Source of the DNA: Camelus ferus
Taxonomy: Eukaryota
Direction of reading: 5' to 3'
Length of the DNA stretch: 64,000 nt
Assembly (NCBI RefSeq): GCF_009834535.1
Contig: NC_045696.1
Span: 115,446,001-115,510,000, forward strand
In this document: piece after piece, positions 38,629-51,811 of the stretch
Numbering within the stretch: the first letter of the stretch is position 1
How the letters are laid out: each line of letters begins with the position of its first letter
The notes under the pieces: model-generated
Databases searched by the model: none
Seen by the model: only the letters and a program-made list of their open reading frames with translations
What the model was told of the DNA's origin: nothing
Translations under genes and position numbers: made by a program

Positions 38629-41004
38629 GACCTGTATCTTGCAGATTTTTCTCTGATAAATGCTGTTCTTATCTTAATAGGAGCTGAAAATGACCTGAAG
38701 AAAAACACTCTATCATGCTAGGTTAATTGCTTTTACTCAGGCGAGGTACTCCCTTCTCCCATTTTCAGCATATTTTTAGAATCAATCAGAAACTGAAACA
38801 TAAACTTTTAGAACATCTCAGAAAGGAACTCCTATGGGGTGTCTGCCTCATGCTTTCTGCCCTTCACAGTCCCATCGGGGAAGCCAACCGTGTCAAGAGA
38901 TCAGCAGAGAAACGGCCTCTTCTATCAATATAGTTTGACCTTTGTCTTAATAGTCTATGGATTCTGACACACTTATTGTATATGACACTATATATCATAT
39001 TATTATAAATGTGTAGTTTATTTGCTTACTAAATCCAGAAAGATTCCATATAAGATATATATGTTTAATATAAATATTTTATGTTATGTAATATTTTGTA
39101 TTTATATGAAATATATTAATATGTATTAAAATATTAGAAAATATATATATATTTCTTTGAGGTCAAGACCTACATATGCAACTATTTACACACTATCTCA
39201 TTAGGATATCATAAGGAACCACAAACTCAGTGTGTTTCAGCCTAAAAGTATCTCCCCCTTCGACACTGATGCTCTCCAAAACTGACCTTGGTGTTTTCAC
39301 CACTTGGTTATAATTTTGTTCTCTATTAGTAAATCCCAGGATATACTAAGTTCTTTTGATCTGCAAATTCAATAGTTTTCTTTTACTATATTTCTAATAT
39401 TTTCTGTTTTACTTAGTTCTAATCTTCAGGAATTTAACTCTCTTTTGTCCTATATATGTATCATTTTAATGATAATCACTTTTACATTTTAGCCCATTAC
39501 CATTTTGTTTTGTATTACTTTTCCCTGATGTGCCCAATATATCGCTGATTATATTTTAATTTGTATTTATTTTGTCATCCATATTGTAACTTGCAGCTCT
39601 GTTTAGATTTTTTCAGTTTTATATCTTGTGGTCTTGAAATATCCTCTTTAAATATTTCCATCTTTTTCTTGAGTCATTTGTCTAGAAATACTATATTTTT
39701 CAGAAATATTTTTGAGAAATGAGGAAACATTTACTTCAATGTCTCCTCTTTTCCCTAGCTAAGTCTTCTTGAGGGGTGTAGTTCTTATTTATATCTTGTT
39801 TTCCTCCTTTTCCTTTCCCCCCTTTTCCTTTATTTTCTCCTTCCATATTTCTGCAGCCAGAAAGTCTGTGTGATTTAAGAGTCCATGTAATTCCCATCAT
39901 GAGATAGAATTTCACCCAGTAAATGTTTTACTCAGTTCTCTCCTTTTTTCTTCTCTTGTCCATATTGAAATAAACTGTAAAAAATTGCTCTGAGACTTTC
40001 AGAGATCCAAAATGGCAAAATTTCTATCACCAGTGAATACAAATTATCCTCTTAGTTATTCCAGTTACAGTGATTAATCCATCTCCTTTGCAGAAGTAGC
40101 CTTGAAGCTGAAACATGTAATGGAAGGCTTTCCTCCAAATCATAACTCTAAAATGGTCACGTCCCTGCACTCATGATTATAGGCAAGAAAACTCATTGTA
40201 TCAGTGAAGGCCATGATTTCCAGCAGCCAGGCTGTGCCTGCAAAATGTGGTCTCATATCTCTTTGGAACATGCAATATACTGTGTGCTTTGGTTTGTAAT
40301 TGCAGGTGTAAATATCAGTCTGGACTTGCTGTTTGGCGTCTGAACATGCAATTTGCCAATTTATGATTCTGCTGTGTTTGCGTTCAGGTGCAGTGGTAAA
40401 TGTGCTCTAAGAGGCAGGCGCTCTGAATCTCATCCTGTCTTCACAACCCACTAGACTGCAGACTCAAATTCAGAGAGTACGGGAAACCAGCAAGGCTGAT
40501 GCATCTCTAGTATCAAATTTACTTCTGTTGATTATTTACAGATCAAACATGATGCATCTGTATATTAAAACTACTTATAGCTCAGTTTTACTTATTTGTC
40601 CATGTGTTGTTAAAAGTTAATCTGGTGGATTTAAACTAGCTCTCTTTAAGAAAAAGCAGTCTGAGTCTAATCCACAGTTGTCAGAACAAAAATGTAGTTT
40701 TTCTCCCAAAAGAGTGAGAAATAATTAAAATGGTATATCTCTGTCTAAAGACGCGTCAGAGAGCAAAGCAAACTGAGAAATTACCAATTTATATGATGAT
40801 AGTCAGAGGGCGCTATAAATATATTGTTGTAAATAAAGTAAATTATATATAATAGACACATATAAACAGAGACTGATAAAGAGAAAAATGGGGTGCAAAG
40901 GAGTAAGTGGAAAGTAAATCTTTTTGTAGATAGAACATTCTAGCAAGGTATAGGCAATCGATACCTTTGAAACATAGGATTTGACAAATGATAAACACTG
41001 CAAG

Positions 41005-42319
41005 TTTTTAAAATCAACTTTTTATTTTAGAATAGTTTTAGATTTATAGAAAAACTGCAAAAAAAAAGTACAGAATTCTCATACACCCTACACCCAGTTT
41101 CTCCCACTATTAACATCTTATAATAGCACAATCTATTTGTCACAACTAATGAACCATTTGATATAATATCATGAACTAAAATGTGTATTCTACCCAGATT
41201 TTCGTAGTTTTTGCATAATGTCATTTTTTTTTTTTGTCCCAGATTCTAACTAGGACATCACGTTATATTTAGTTGTCATGTCTCCTTAGGCTTCTCTAGA
41301 GAGTGACAGCTTCTCAGACTTACATGTTTTTTGATGATCTTGAAAGTTTTGAGGAGTGCCGGTCTAGTGTTTTGTAGAATGTCCCTCAGTTGGGGTTTGT
41401 CTGGTGTCTTCTCATGTTTAGACTTGAATGATGGGTTCTTGGAAGAAAGACCACAAAGGCTGTCTATTCCAATCACATCACGTGAAGAGTACCTACAGTT
41501 TACATGACTTGTCATCACTGATGTCAACCGCGATCACCTGACTGAGGAACCGTTCACGGGGCTTCTCCGCTGTAAGTTACTCTTCTTTCCTGTTCTCCAC
41601 CCCATGCTTCCTAGAAGGAAGCCCCTGCATGCAGCTCACACTAAGAAGAGGGAGGTGAGTGACATGTGCCAATGCCTTGTGAGTGAGTTATCTACAGGCA
41701 TTACTTGGAATCCTTTTGTGAGAGAGATTAGTCCATTATTCATGATTTATTCAATCAGTCATTTACATTAGAATGGACTCCTGGATATTTACTTTATACT
41801 TTGGGGTATGATCCAGTACGACTTTATGTCTCTGTTTATTTTTGCTCGAATTGCCCCAGGGCCCCTCCATCCCTCTCTGTCTGTAGTACTCCTTAATCTG
41901 TTTCCTTAAAGCCTGACCCTTGCCCTTGGCAGGGCCACAAGAATCTTTCTTTGATTTTTACTGTGGGATGCTAGGGTGGCAGATCCCCTAAGGCTGTGGT
42001 CCCAGGAATTTCTCACTTCACTCTTATGCTAGGCCACACTCCATCGCCAGCAATTCATCAAAATGACCATTTAAGCACTCTTACCAGTTTGAGTCTCCAG
42101 TAGCTTCTGGTCCAGGTAAGCAGATTGCACGTGTTCTGTCTCTGACAGGCCTGTCTTCCAGGTTTGGGGTGATGCTGTGCCCTGCAGCTTGAGTTCTCTG
42201 GTGGGTCCAAAAATAATCACTGAGTTTCAACTTGTCAAACTTTTTCTTGTTATAAGGATTCAAGTGACAAAATTTCAAGCTCTTTGCAGGGCAGAGCTGA
42301 AACTGAAAGTTACCCAGGC
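41005..42319 (-). mobile_element. Old L1 (L1MC-like) 3' end abutting an L1 5' end
   Basis: 41005-41860 is an L1MC-type 3' UTR (tttattttagaatagttttagatttatagaaaaactgcaaa). ~41900-42310 is an L1M 5' end (aagctctttgcagggcagagctgaaactgaaagt). Confidence 0.75.
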
Positions 42320-42716
42320 GCTAGTTTTTGATACTGAGTTCTGAAATGTTAAACCTTCCCCAGCAAATTCTGGGGATGATCAAACACTAAGAATTGTGAC
42401 AGCTTATGGTGATTTGAGAGTACATCTTCAAGTGGGTTTAAGAATAATGTTAAATTAAATTCAGTAAGTGATATTAGTTAGAGATCAGTAAGAAAGAAAT
42501 TAAATTGAACCAAAATGTCTATTAAAACTGATTTGGAGAATTCTCTCAATAACTCATTGAACTTTAGCTCTTGTGAGAAGAGTCTTTGATTTGTTCATTT
42601 TTTTAGGATAATTGAGTAAAATGTATGTATTTGTTCTCTTTATTGGTAATTTTATCAAACCCAGCTGTTAGTTTACCCTCTTACCAGACAACATTGGTCC
42701 ATTGGTTCTAGTTTTG

Positions 42717-42758
<42 letters not shown>
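42717..42758. repeat. (TA)n microsatellite
   Basis: Direct inspection. Confidence 0.95.
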
Positions 42759-42762
<4 letters not shown>

Positions 42763-42860
42763 AAAGAGGAAATAAGCAATTCATAAACCTTAGATTATAA
42801 TCCTGGATATGCAGAGTGATAAACACTTAGCCAGCAGTGTTTATATTTAAATAATAAAGA

Positions 42861-42980
42861 GGTTTGAGTATAGCTCAGTGGTAGAGCACATGCTTAGCAT
42901 GCAGAAGGTCCTGGATTCAATCCCCAGTACCTCCAAAAAAAAAAAAAAAAAAAAAGATTAAAAGAAAAGAAACAAATAAA
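42861..42980 (+). mobile_element. Camelid tRNA-derived SINE, short form (tRNA head plus polyA)
   Basis: gtatagctcagtggtagagcacatgcttagcatgcagaaggtcctggattcaatccccagtacctcc directly followed by about 21 A. Confidence 0.9.
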
Positions 42981-43584
42981 GGATCATCGTAAAAAAATAA
43001 ATAAACAAGAAAGTTCTGCATTACACAAAGATTTCACTTAAAGTCACCTTGTCTGAAAAGGCTTCTATATTTAAACGGATTACTTTTCATTAGTTGAATT
43101 CGTATACCCATTTAATTGAGCACAGCTCTTAATCTGGGATCTGAGAGTCTATGACCTTCCCAGAATTATACTCAAAATGTTGTGATGAGGTATAATTTTT
43201 CTAGAGAGAACTTCCATAGTTTTTATTAGTTTCCCAAGGAGGTCTATGAGGTAAAAATATTTAAGAATCATTATATAGAGGTAAGTACTTAACTCTGTGA
43301 TCCTAGTTTCTGAATTACAATCTTAGAAATAACAAAAATGGCAAAGTATACGTCTCAGAATCCTAACCTTCTTGTGACAAAACACATTTATCAAAGTACT
43401 TTTCATGCTTTCAGAAGTGGGCTTCAAACATGACCTCTAAAAAATCACTGAATTATTACTTACAAAGGTATTTTTGCAACTGAATATGTCACCAACAAAA
43501 GAGAAAGAACTTTTTGTTCTATTTCTCCTTTGACATATCTCTAATTAACTCCTATGTAAGGCAGTCACTGTATTTCAAAATTCC

Positions 43585-43692
43585 TTTTTTTTTTTTAATC
43601 TAAGTACAGTCAGTTACAATGTGTCAGTTTCTGGTGTACAGCACACTGTCCCAGCCATGCAGATACATACATATATTCGTTTTCGTATTTTT
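43585..43692 (-). mobile_element. Very short camelid L1 3' end
   Basis: polyT-aatctaagtacagtcagttacaatgtgtcagtttctggtgtacagc..., TSD aaaattcctt on both sides. Confidence 0.85.
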
Positions 43693-44287
43693 AAAAAATT
43701 CCTTCCCTAACAATGATACTCAGCAATAAGTGTTCTCATTGTACAGGGATATTTCCTCCGGCTCAATTGTATGTAGATGTGTTTCCTCCTTCCACTTTGC
43801 TGCTGGCTCTGATTTTAAGTAAAGGACAACTTTCAAATTTTAATTAGCTACTCCTCAGAAAAGCTAAGGCTCTCAGAATCCTCATGGTATACCAGTCTCC
43901 CAGAGAGAGGCTGGATTAGTTTGAAATGAGGAAACAAATGTTCTGATTCTGGTTCCACTGCACTGTGGATAAGACTTGAGCGACTCATTTCACATCAGAA
44001 AACTTACTTTCTTCATTTGTAAAATGGAAGTGGTTTTCCTTTCTATTCTGTGGAGTTATTATGAATATAACAAAAGTACATGCATACTTATATATGTGGA
44101 ACATATATTTATGTATAATATACATTATGCATTAAATGTCTATATAAATGTTTCAAATAAAAAAAGTGCTAGAGTCATTTCAATAAACTTACTTCTATTG
44201 ACTTAGATAACTGCTTACATAAATAAATGTTTTTTTAAAAAGAAACAGTAAAGCTCAACTCTTAAGTGTAACCAAAGGTTCTTCTTG

Positions 44288-44590
44288 GGTTTTTCCGGCT
44301 TTATTGAGCTATGATTGATACGTGACATTGTGTAAGTTTAAGGTGTACCACGGGGTGTTTTGAACATGTACGTATTGTGAAATGTTTACCACAATAGAAC
44401 GTTAACACATCCTTCATGTCACAGAATTACCATTTTTTAAGTTGTTGTTAGGGTGAGAACATTTAAGATCTATTCTCTGAGCAACTTCCAGATATACAAT
44501 ACAGACATTGTTAACTACATTCACCAGGCTGTATTAGATCTCGAGGACTTATTCCTCTTATGACTCTGATAACTCCTTTACCCTTTAACA
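44288..44590 (-). mobile_element. L1 3' UTR fragment (L1MA9/10-like)
   Basis: ctttattgagctatgattgata...tgtaagtttaaggtgtac...gtgagaacatttaagatctattctctgagcaactt. Confidence 0.8.
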
Positions 44591-44924
44591 TCCTTGGTTT
44601 GAATTTTCTTACGTCAATTGAATTTCTTTGAGAGGTAGAGTACAAGCTAAAATGTAGTTTGTTACTGATATTCAGAACTTACTTAATTTTAGCAATGGAA
44701 TGAGCCATTAACTATGTCTAGTAATTCCTACTTGAGCTTTTGTCTCTAAAAATATGACTTTGGTGGTGTTTGAAGGTATTAACACCGTGACATAGAAAGA
44801 CAAGCTATGGGTCCTGTTCATACGTTAATGGTAACAGGAGTTGCCTAAAACCCAGGCCAATTTGAGCTCAAATGTCTGCATTGATGGAATAGTAAGACAT
44901 GACAGGACATCTCATTTCTGAGAA

Positions 44925-45118
44925 TCAGGGTTCTGAATTCTGGTTCCCCACTGGAATCATTTTGGAACTTTAAAAAGTCCTGATCACCCGGCCCTAAACC
45001 CAGAAGATTTAAGCCCAAATCTCTGACAGTGGGACACAGCCACCAGAATGTTTTAAAGCTCCAAGGTTTAAATTTTCACACAAAGATTCCAGTGTGCAGT
45101 GAAGTTTGAGAACCACTG
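44925..45118. mobile_element. hAT-Charlie MITE (MER5A-like)
   Basis: caggggttctga...ctggaatca...ttttaaagctcc...gaagtttgagaaccactg. Confidence 0.75.
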
Positions 45119-45700
45119 TGTTAAACCAGAGACATAAACTGGTGATTACCTAGCCAGCTGGAAACACTGCCCCAAGGTCCTTTCTAACCATGTCTAGCTT
45201 TTCCTTTCTTGTCCAGCAACCAAACCAACCAGCACAGAGAAAATAGCTTAAACAAATACCATGGAACTATAATCTTGCACAAGATATCTGACCCTCCTTG
45301 TTCTTTTTTTTAAAAAAAAGTTCTTTAATAGTCTCCATGTAATTGGTTCATTTGTTGTTAATGACCCTCCTTGTTTTTAATTCTCCCTTTTAACTTTCCC
45401 TTCTGATATACTGTCTTCTGGGGTGGACTTTTTTGTTTCTATGGTTTTAAACCAGTGTTGGCAAAACAACATTGAACAAAAAACTTGTCTGGTATGTTTG
45501 AGTAACTATATTTGGCGTTAAGTACAGAATTTTCTTGAACTTTCTTCAGCTTTTTTTTTTTTAAGCATCTGTTCTATAGGACAATATAAGTTAATCAGTA
45601 CTATCTCTTTCTAGCTGATATACAATAACAGCAAAAATCACATACCTTAAGGCAGTGGTAATGGTGCCAGACCCTAAAAGAATCATCCTGGTATCTTACG

Positions 45701-45876
45701 ATCACGTGATACATGATATTCAAGCATTGAGGAATGATGGACTTCGGGAAGTACCTCTTCTTCCTTCAACCTGGTCTAAGGCTTGGAAGCTATTTTGGAC
45801 AAGCACAGACCAGTAACTCCCTCCCACAGGAAGCACGTGTGAACGTCGGCAGCGGAGCTGAGCTGATCTGACGTCA
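45701..45876. promoter_or_regulatory. Candidate enhancer: E-box/ETS/CRE cluster
   Basis: ATCACGTGAT (45701-45710), CAGGAAG (45827-45833), CACGTG (45834-45839) and TGACGTCA (45869-45876) in locally CpG-retaining non-repeat DNA. Confidence 0.4.
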
Positions 45877-46195
45877 TCCTATCACTGGGTCAGACGCAAA
45901 GACTGACAAGACCAACACCTTGTATTTAGTTCACTTCTCCCTCACTGTCTCTATCTATCAGAAGGGAGAGATGATAAACCACCACCATTTTTTTCCCTTT
46001 TTAAATGGAGAGTGGTATGATGGCTACAACAGAATCAATTGCTTTGAAACTAATGGGGTGAGGCTGTCCACACCATTACTTTCAGCTCCGGCTTGTTGCC
46101 AACTCCATCCAACACTTTGTCACTGAGTTCAGTGATTTGCACATTGTGTATCTGCAAGTTTACAGAGTTTTTGGATTCTTTCCCTTTCAGTCCCA

Positions 46196-46259
46196 ACACA
46201 CACACACACACACACACACACACCCATGCACACACACACACCCATGCACACACACACAC
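46196..46259. repeat. Interrupted (CA)n microsatellite
   Basis: Direct inspection; two ccatg interruptions. Confidence 0.95.
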
Positions 46260-47075
46260 CAGGGAAGTAAAGGCTGGATTTCAGCAGTTTCCAGAGGGAA
46301 ATTCAGGCTCAATTTTACCTTTTGGAGCTCATGAGTGTATGTTCTGATATTACACAATCTTTGTGCCTTTGCAGGAAAATCCTCATTTCACAAACAACTG
46401 CCTATTAGTCTGGATGAGAGCTGTTTCTTGGGAAATGGCTTTCCTATGACCCTGGTGGGTCACTCATCACGACTGAGACTTAATTACCACTTCACAAAAA
46501 AGTGCCATCAATGGAAAGAAAAAAAAAAAAAAAACACCCTACTAGTTTGATTTAATCAGGGATGGGTCTGAAGAATGCAAATAAGGAGAGTGTTTAATTA
46601 TTTTTCCATTTTTATCCCCATTAAATCACATTAATTCTAAAAATTATTTTAAAAGATGAACACTGATTTTCAAATGGGGCTCCGGAATATGCATGGGCTT
46701 TTTCTTTTCTCAAGAACGTATCTTAGAGGCGGCTGTTGTGTTGTGGGAGACAGAGGTTCATGCTTTTATCTAATTTAAATGTATATCTAGGTGTATCTCC
46801 ATTAAATTCTATCTATATCTAAAAAACAAATATAATATGACAAAATAAAACACTTACAACCACTTATCCATTTCAAGACAAATTCTTCTGTGTGGCAAAC
46901 TTTTCAGAGATAGAGATGTGATGAGAGGTGGGAGAGAACCGTGATCCAGGAAGGATATGGGAAGAAGTCACTCCACTTGTTCCTGATCTTCTGGGTTTGG
47001 GAAGCAAACTTTTGCAGGAGAAAGAGGAGAAAATGTTGACTGCCTGAGAACTTACCCCAAAGTGACTTTAAAACT

Positions 47076-47792
47076 CCTCTGCATATATGCCAAGAAGTGG
47101 AATGGCTGGATCATATGGTAAGGCTATTTTTAGTTTTTAAGAAATCTAGAGGAGATTCTAATTCAAAAAGATACATACACCCCAATGTTCACAGCAGCAC
47201 TATTTACAATAGTCAAGTCATGGAAGAGCAACCTAAATGTCCATCAACAGATGACTGGATATAGAAGTTGTAGTATGTACATATATATACAGTGGAATAT
47301 TACTCAGCCATAAAAAATAAAATAATGCCTTTTCAGCAATGTGGATGGGCCTGGAGATTGTCATTAAGTGAAGTAAGCCAGGAAGAGAAAGAAACATACC
47401 ATAGGATATCACCTATATGTGGAATCTAGAAAAAAATGACTTATTTACAAAACAGAAACAGACTCATAGACATAGAGAACAAGCTTATGGTTACCAGGGG
47501 GGAAAGGGGCCGGGGGTGGGGTGGAGGGATAATTTGGGAGTTCAAGATTTGCAGATCCTAACTACTATTTATATTGTAGCTAGACAACAAGGTCCCGCTG
47601 TATAGCACAAGGAGCTATATTCAATAACTTGTGATAGCTTCTACTGAAAAAGAACATAAGAAGGAATGTGTATATATATTTATATATATACAAAATACAC
47701 ACACACACACACATGTATAACTGAATCACTATGCTGTACACCAGCAACTAACACAACACTGTAAACCAACTATACTTCAATAAAAAAAAATA
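47076..47792 (+). mobile_element. 5'-truncated, 5'-inverted L1
   Basis: Perfect 18-bp TSD caaagtgactttaaaact (47058-47075 and 47793-47810). 47076-47147 is antisense ORF2 sequence; 47148-47792 is sense ORF2 end, 3' UTR and polyA. Confidence 0.93.
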
Positions 47793-49134
47793 CAAAGTGA
47801 CTTTAAAACTTCCTTAGGTCCCTTCAAGCAAAATCCATAAACAATTACTGCATAATATTTCTATTTCAACTTGTTTTTCATTCCTTGATGCTTAAAAGTT
47901 TTTTTTTTCATATTTGCCTGTCCTTAAAGTATCCTCAGAGATAAGCTTTGGGGCAATTAGCATTTCTCTCCCTTTTTTTTTTTTTTTTTGGTTCTAAGAA
48001 TATCTCAGCAAAAATAAACCAATAAAAACGAAAATAGATAAAAAGGTGAGAGAAGCGAGGGAAAAGTAGCTCTCAGAGAGTATCAGATAAAACAGATCAT
48101 TATCACTGTAAGTCCAGGGGATAGAAGTAGAAGACTTTGAAATAGTCTTTTCAAAAGATACTTAAAAGGTTAAGAGAAAATCTTAATACCATCAAACCAC
48201 TCAACAGACAAAGTCAGCTGAGTCAGGATTTCTCTCTTCCCTTGGATTTCGGGAAGACCTGAGAAAACTTCTTCATCCATAATCTTCAAACTGTTCATCA
48301 TCTAGAATTCATATTTTTGAAAGAATTGATGGGTCAAATTGCATTCAACCATGAGTAATAGTTCATCATGATGGTTAAATCTATGTGCTAGCTTGGCTGG
48401 GCCACGGTAACCAGACATGTGGTCAAACTAGTCTGGAGAGCCCTGACTAATACATTTGTTTTATTATTTTTGTTTATCAAATGACATAAAGAATTCTTGT
48501 TCATCAAAGATATACATGTTAGGAGGTGGAGAGATGGTATTTTAACAACTCTTATATTAGTGTGAAAAGGGAAAACAAACAAGTTATGTAGAGTAGAAAA
48601 TGAGAACTCAAGGACATCATATGCTTTCAAAAAGTAATAGCTAAATGGCTTTAAATATCACATATTTTGGTTCAGGAGGGAATCAGAGAGAGGGAGGAGA
48701 AGAGAGAAGACGGCTGCCAGGAGATGGTAGAAGATTGGCCAACATGTCATCATATGTCATCATCATTCGTAAACCATTTGGTATGGAGGACTTAATGGAC
48801 AGAGTGTCAAGTCATGCTCAAATGGTGGGACGCTGACAGAGGTGTGGGACCTTGCCCGGTGTGGGCGGGCATGCAGAGATGGAGACATTTCCCGCAGGTC
48901 TCAGTAAGTCAGGGGGATTCAAGCTGATCTTTGCCTTCTGACCAACAAAGAATTATCACACTTATCTTTCAGAATAGATTTAAATCCAGCTAAAAGCAAG
49001 AAAGGATGATTAGCTAGAGAGGTGTTTTTATTCAGATGTAAAGACAATTTACATTAGGCTTTTGAAACATGACGTATCCCTAGAAATTTAGAGAGATTGG
49101 GAACTATTGGTCCAGTCCAGGCCTCTCATCATTT

Positions 49135-49291
49135 TTCTTTTTAATTTATTTTATTAAAAGAAAATTTTTTGTGTGTGTGGGGAGGTAGTTAGGTTTATTT
49201 ATTCATTTATTTTTAATGGAGATACTGGGGATTGAACCCAGGACCTCACGCATGCTGAGCATGCGCTCTACCACTGAGCTGTACCCGCCCC
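49135..49291 (-). mobile_element. Camelid tRNA-derived SINE (vic-1 type)
   Basis: ggggaggtagttaggtttattt...tactggggattgaacccaggacctcacgcatgctgagcatgcgctctaccactgagctgtacccgcccc. Confidence 0.9.
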
Positions 49292-51513
49292 ACTGGTGTC
49301 TTTCATCTTACTGATGAGGAAGTGGAGGCTCTAAGAGAGGGTTACTGTCTGTTCAGACTGAGTCACAGTCACTGAACGATACTGAGATTGATTTTCAAGT
49401 TTTAGTCTGGTTTTGTAAGGTCTTGAATTTTTTTTTTTAAACTTCACAGAGTTTTAATACTCTTCCCTAAGGGAAGTTTCAGTTCCTGAGAAGTGGATGC
49501 AGGCACCTAAGTTTCAGTTTTGACTTGTTCCCAGCCCCACCCCACCACCATTGACTTTACCGTAATTGCCTGGGACATGTTTCAAATGGAAGATTTGGTT
49601 GCTTTAAAGGAAGCCCCTGACAGGATGCCTGAGTCAAACCATGTTTGTGGTTAGTGTGGACTCTGTACCCCTGCCACCTGCCACATCAGCTAGGATAGTG
49701 GACTGCGTCTGTCTTCCTTTGCCTCTCCTTTCTGTTCCACATGGGAATTGCTAACCATGAAACAAACTCTTGTTAAGGAAGTATCAGGGTGGACTGCAAT
49801 GTGACTCTTGTGGCTGAAACGTGCTGGCCACCCCCAGAGTGTGCAGTTTGTCTCTGAGATCAAAAGTGAAAAAGGTTGTTATCTCAAAATTCTTTTTCTT
49901 CTTCTCTCTTCTTGGAAAATAACTCCAAGGCAATGCATATAGTTGGGCATCAGAGGCCAGAATATGACTTAGACAATGGTGTAATCACGTAGACAAAGAT
50001 GGTCAGGACATTTATTTGTTCTCAAGGAGCTGAGATAATTTTACCCCTCTTTCTAGATCTCCCAGAAAAAAAAATTAGGGCCATTCAAAAATGGAATGCC
50101 TTAAACAGTCACCTTTTATTTTAAGGACCTACAGGGAATGTTTGAGTCATTCTAATTTCACAGAAATTTTCCTGAAAGGGGAGGAATGTGTCTGTTCGCT
50201 GTGCATGTCCTTGGCCTTAAATGTACTGAGTGGATGGCGGAATTTGACAGCCTTTGTTCTAAAGTTAGCACTCACTCTCTATTTCAGACGCAGTAGGGGA
50301 AGGACTGAGCTTTGTAATTAATACCCAGGAAATTAGCAATCAGCAACGGCAGAGAGACAAAAAGGGGCATGTGGACGCATCTCAGCGCCCCTGACAGGCA
50401 GAGGCCAGTGAGGGGCTCACGACAGCAGAGATGTCAATAGCAGCCGCAGTATCTCTTTTTAGCTGGTTTGGATCCTTTTTAAATGCACTTTATTCAATAT
50501 CCCAGAAATGACAAAGCAGGTCTTATTTTTGCCTCTGTGCCTCTGGCTATTTACCTTGGAACTTTCTTTTTTTTTTAAAGGGATGGTTGTTTCTGCTGCA
50601 TTTAAAAGTACTCAGATAAGTCAAGGGGAGGCTCTTCATCAGAATTCAAAACTATTTTGCCTTCTCTTGCATAGAAATGAGTAGGAGCTGAGAATTGGCT
50701 TCTGATCCTGCAGGACTTGACAGGGCAGGTTGTTTATTCCTATCATAAGGGGCCACTGAAAAATGGAAATTAAAAATTTCTTCAAAGGGCAGGCTGTTTA
50801 TTGGAAAGTTCATGAACAAGAGTTGGCAGGGATTCTGGGAACCATTTTTGGAGAACTTAACATCAGTTGGGAAGAACAATCAGCCCTTGATGGACTTCAT
50901 TATCTACAGAAATGACAAAGACTGTTCAGAGAATGATAAATTCTAAAGAAATTGTGTCTGCATATTCATGGTTATGAAGGCTCTTATTAGTATAAGCATG
51001 TATGTTTGATTATTTATATGTCCGTGCGTGTGGATATAGGTGTGGGTATAGATACTCGAAGAGACAGGGAAAAACCTGAATGTTTGTCCACCTGAAAATC
51101 TAGAGAAAACAAGTCAGTGTGTGTCATTTGCCCAGTTTTCGCTGCTTCCTGGAGATCCTGGCATCTGACTTCTTTTGCCCAGTCTTGCCTTTTAAGCAGT
51201 AAATGTTCAACAAATATTCCTGCCCTCCAGCACATCTTTGGACCAAGATCTCTGGACCACTTTATGACTTCCATGGGATCTTCTATTTCTCCATCATTGT
51301 GTGACCTGTTTATTCTAGTGACCATGGCCTCGGCCTTATTCCCCAGGCCAAGCATTCTGGATCCGGATCTACCACCAGATCTACCACCCTCATAATACCA
51401 CCTCTTTGCCCCTGTAGATACTTGAGTTTGCAATTCTTGCAAGTCTTCCCTGAGCTGACTCTTTAGTATCTCTATGATAGGAATTACAAAGAACCTTGTT
51501 CTCCATGCAGACA

Positions 51514-51811
51514 TAGGCATACCTCATTTGGTTGTGCTTTGATGATACTGTGGTTTTTTTAAACAAATTGAAGATTTGTGGCAACCCTGCCAGGTTAGCA
51601 TTTTTAGCAATGACATATTTTTGAATTAAGGGGTGGATGTTGTTTTGTCAGATGCAATGATAATCTCACACTTAATAGACTACAGCATGATGTAAACATA
51701 TCTTTCCGTGTGCTAGGAAGACAAAAAATTCATGTGACTCACTTTATTATGATACTTACTTTACTGCCATGATCTGGAAACAAACCCGCATTTATCTCCA
51801 ACGTGTGCCTA
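51514..51811. mobile_element. Internally deleted Tigger1 derivative
   Basis: aggcatacctcattt...aacaaattgaagatttgtggcaaccctgc joined to gttagcattttagcaat...tatctccaacgtgtgcct; both Tigger1 ends present. Confidence 0.85.

Noticed and set aside
40336..40391. Possible pre-miRNA hairpin (GCGTCTGAAC / GTTCAGGTGC)
   Set aside because: Only about 10 bp with two G:U pairs and a large, poorly paired interior; no recognisable mature miRNA.
42865..42935. tRNA gene
   Set aside because: tRNA-like A/B boxes are followed by a polyA tail, and diverged relatives occur four more times in the window, so it is a SINE.
50384..50400. CTCF-like motif (also near 5668, 32305 and 40803)
   Set aside because: Partial matches with 2-4 core mismatches are expected by chance at this window size.
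51014..51520. 168-aa minus-strand ORF
   Set aside because: Its start lies in a Tigger1 terminus; no recognisable homology or splice support.
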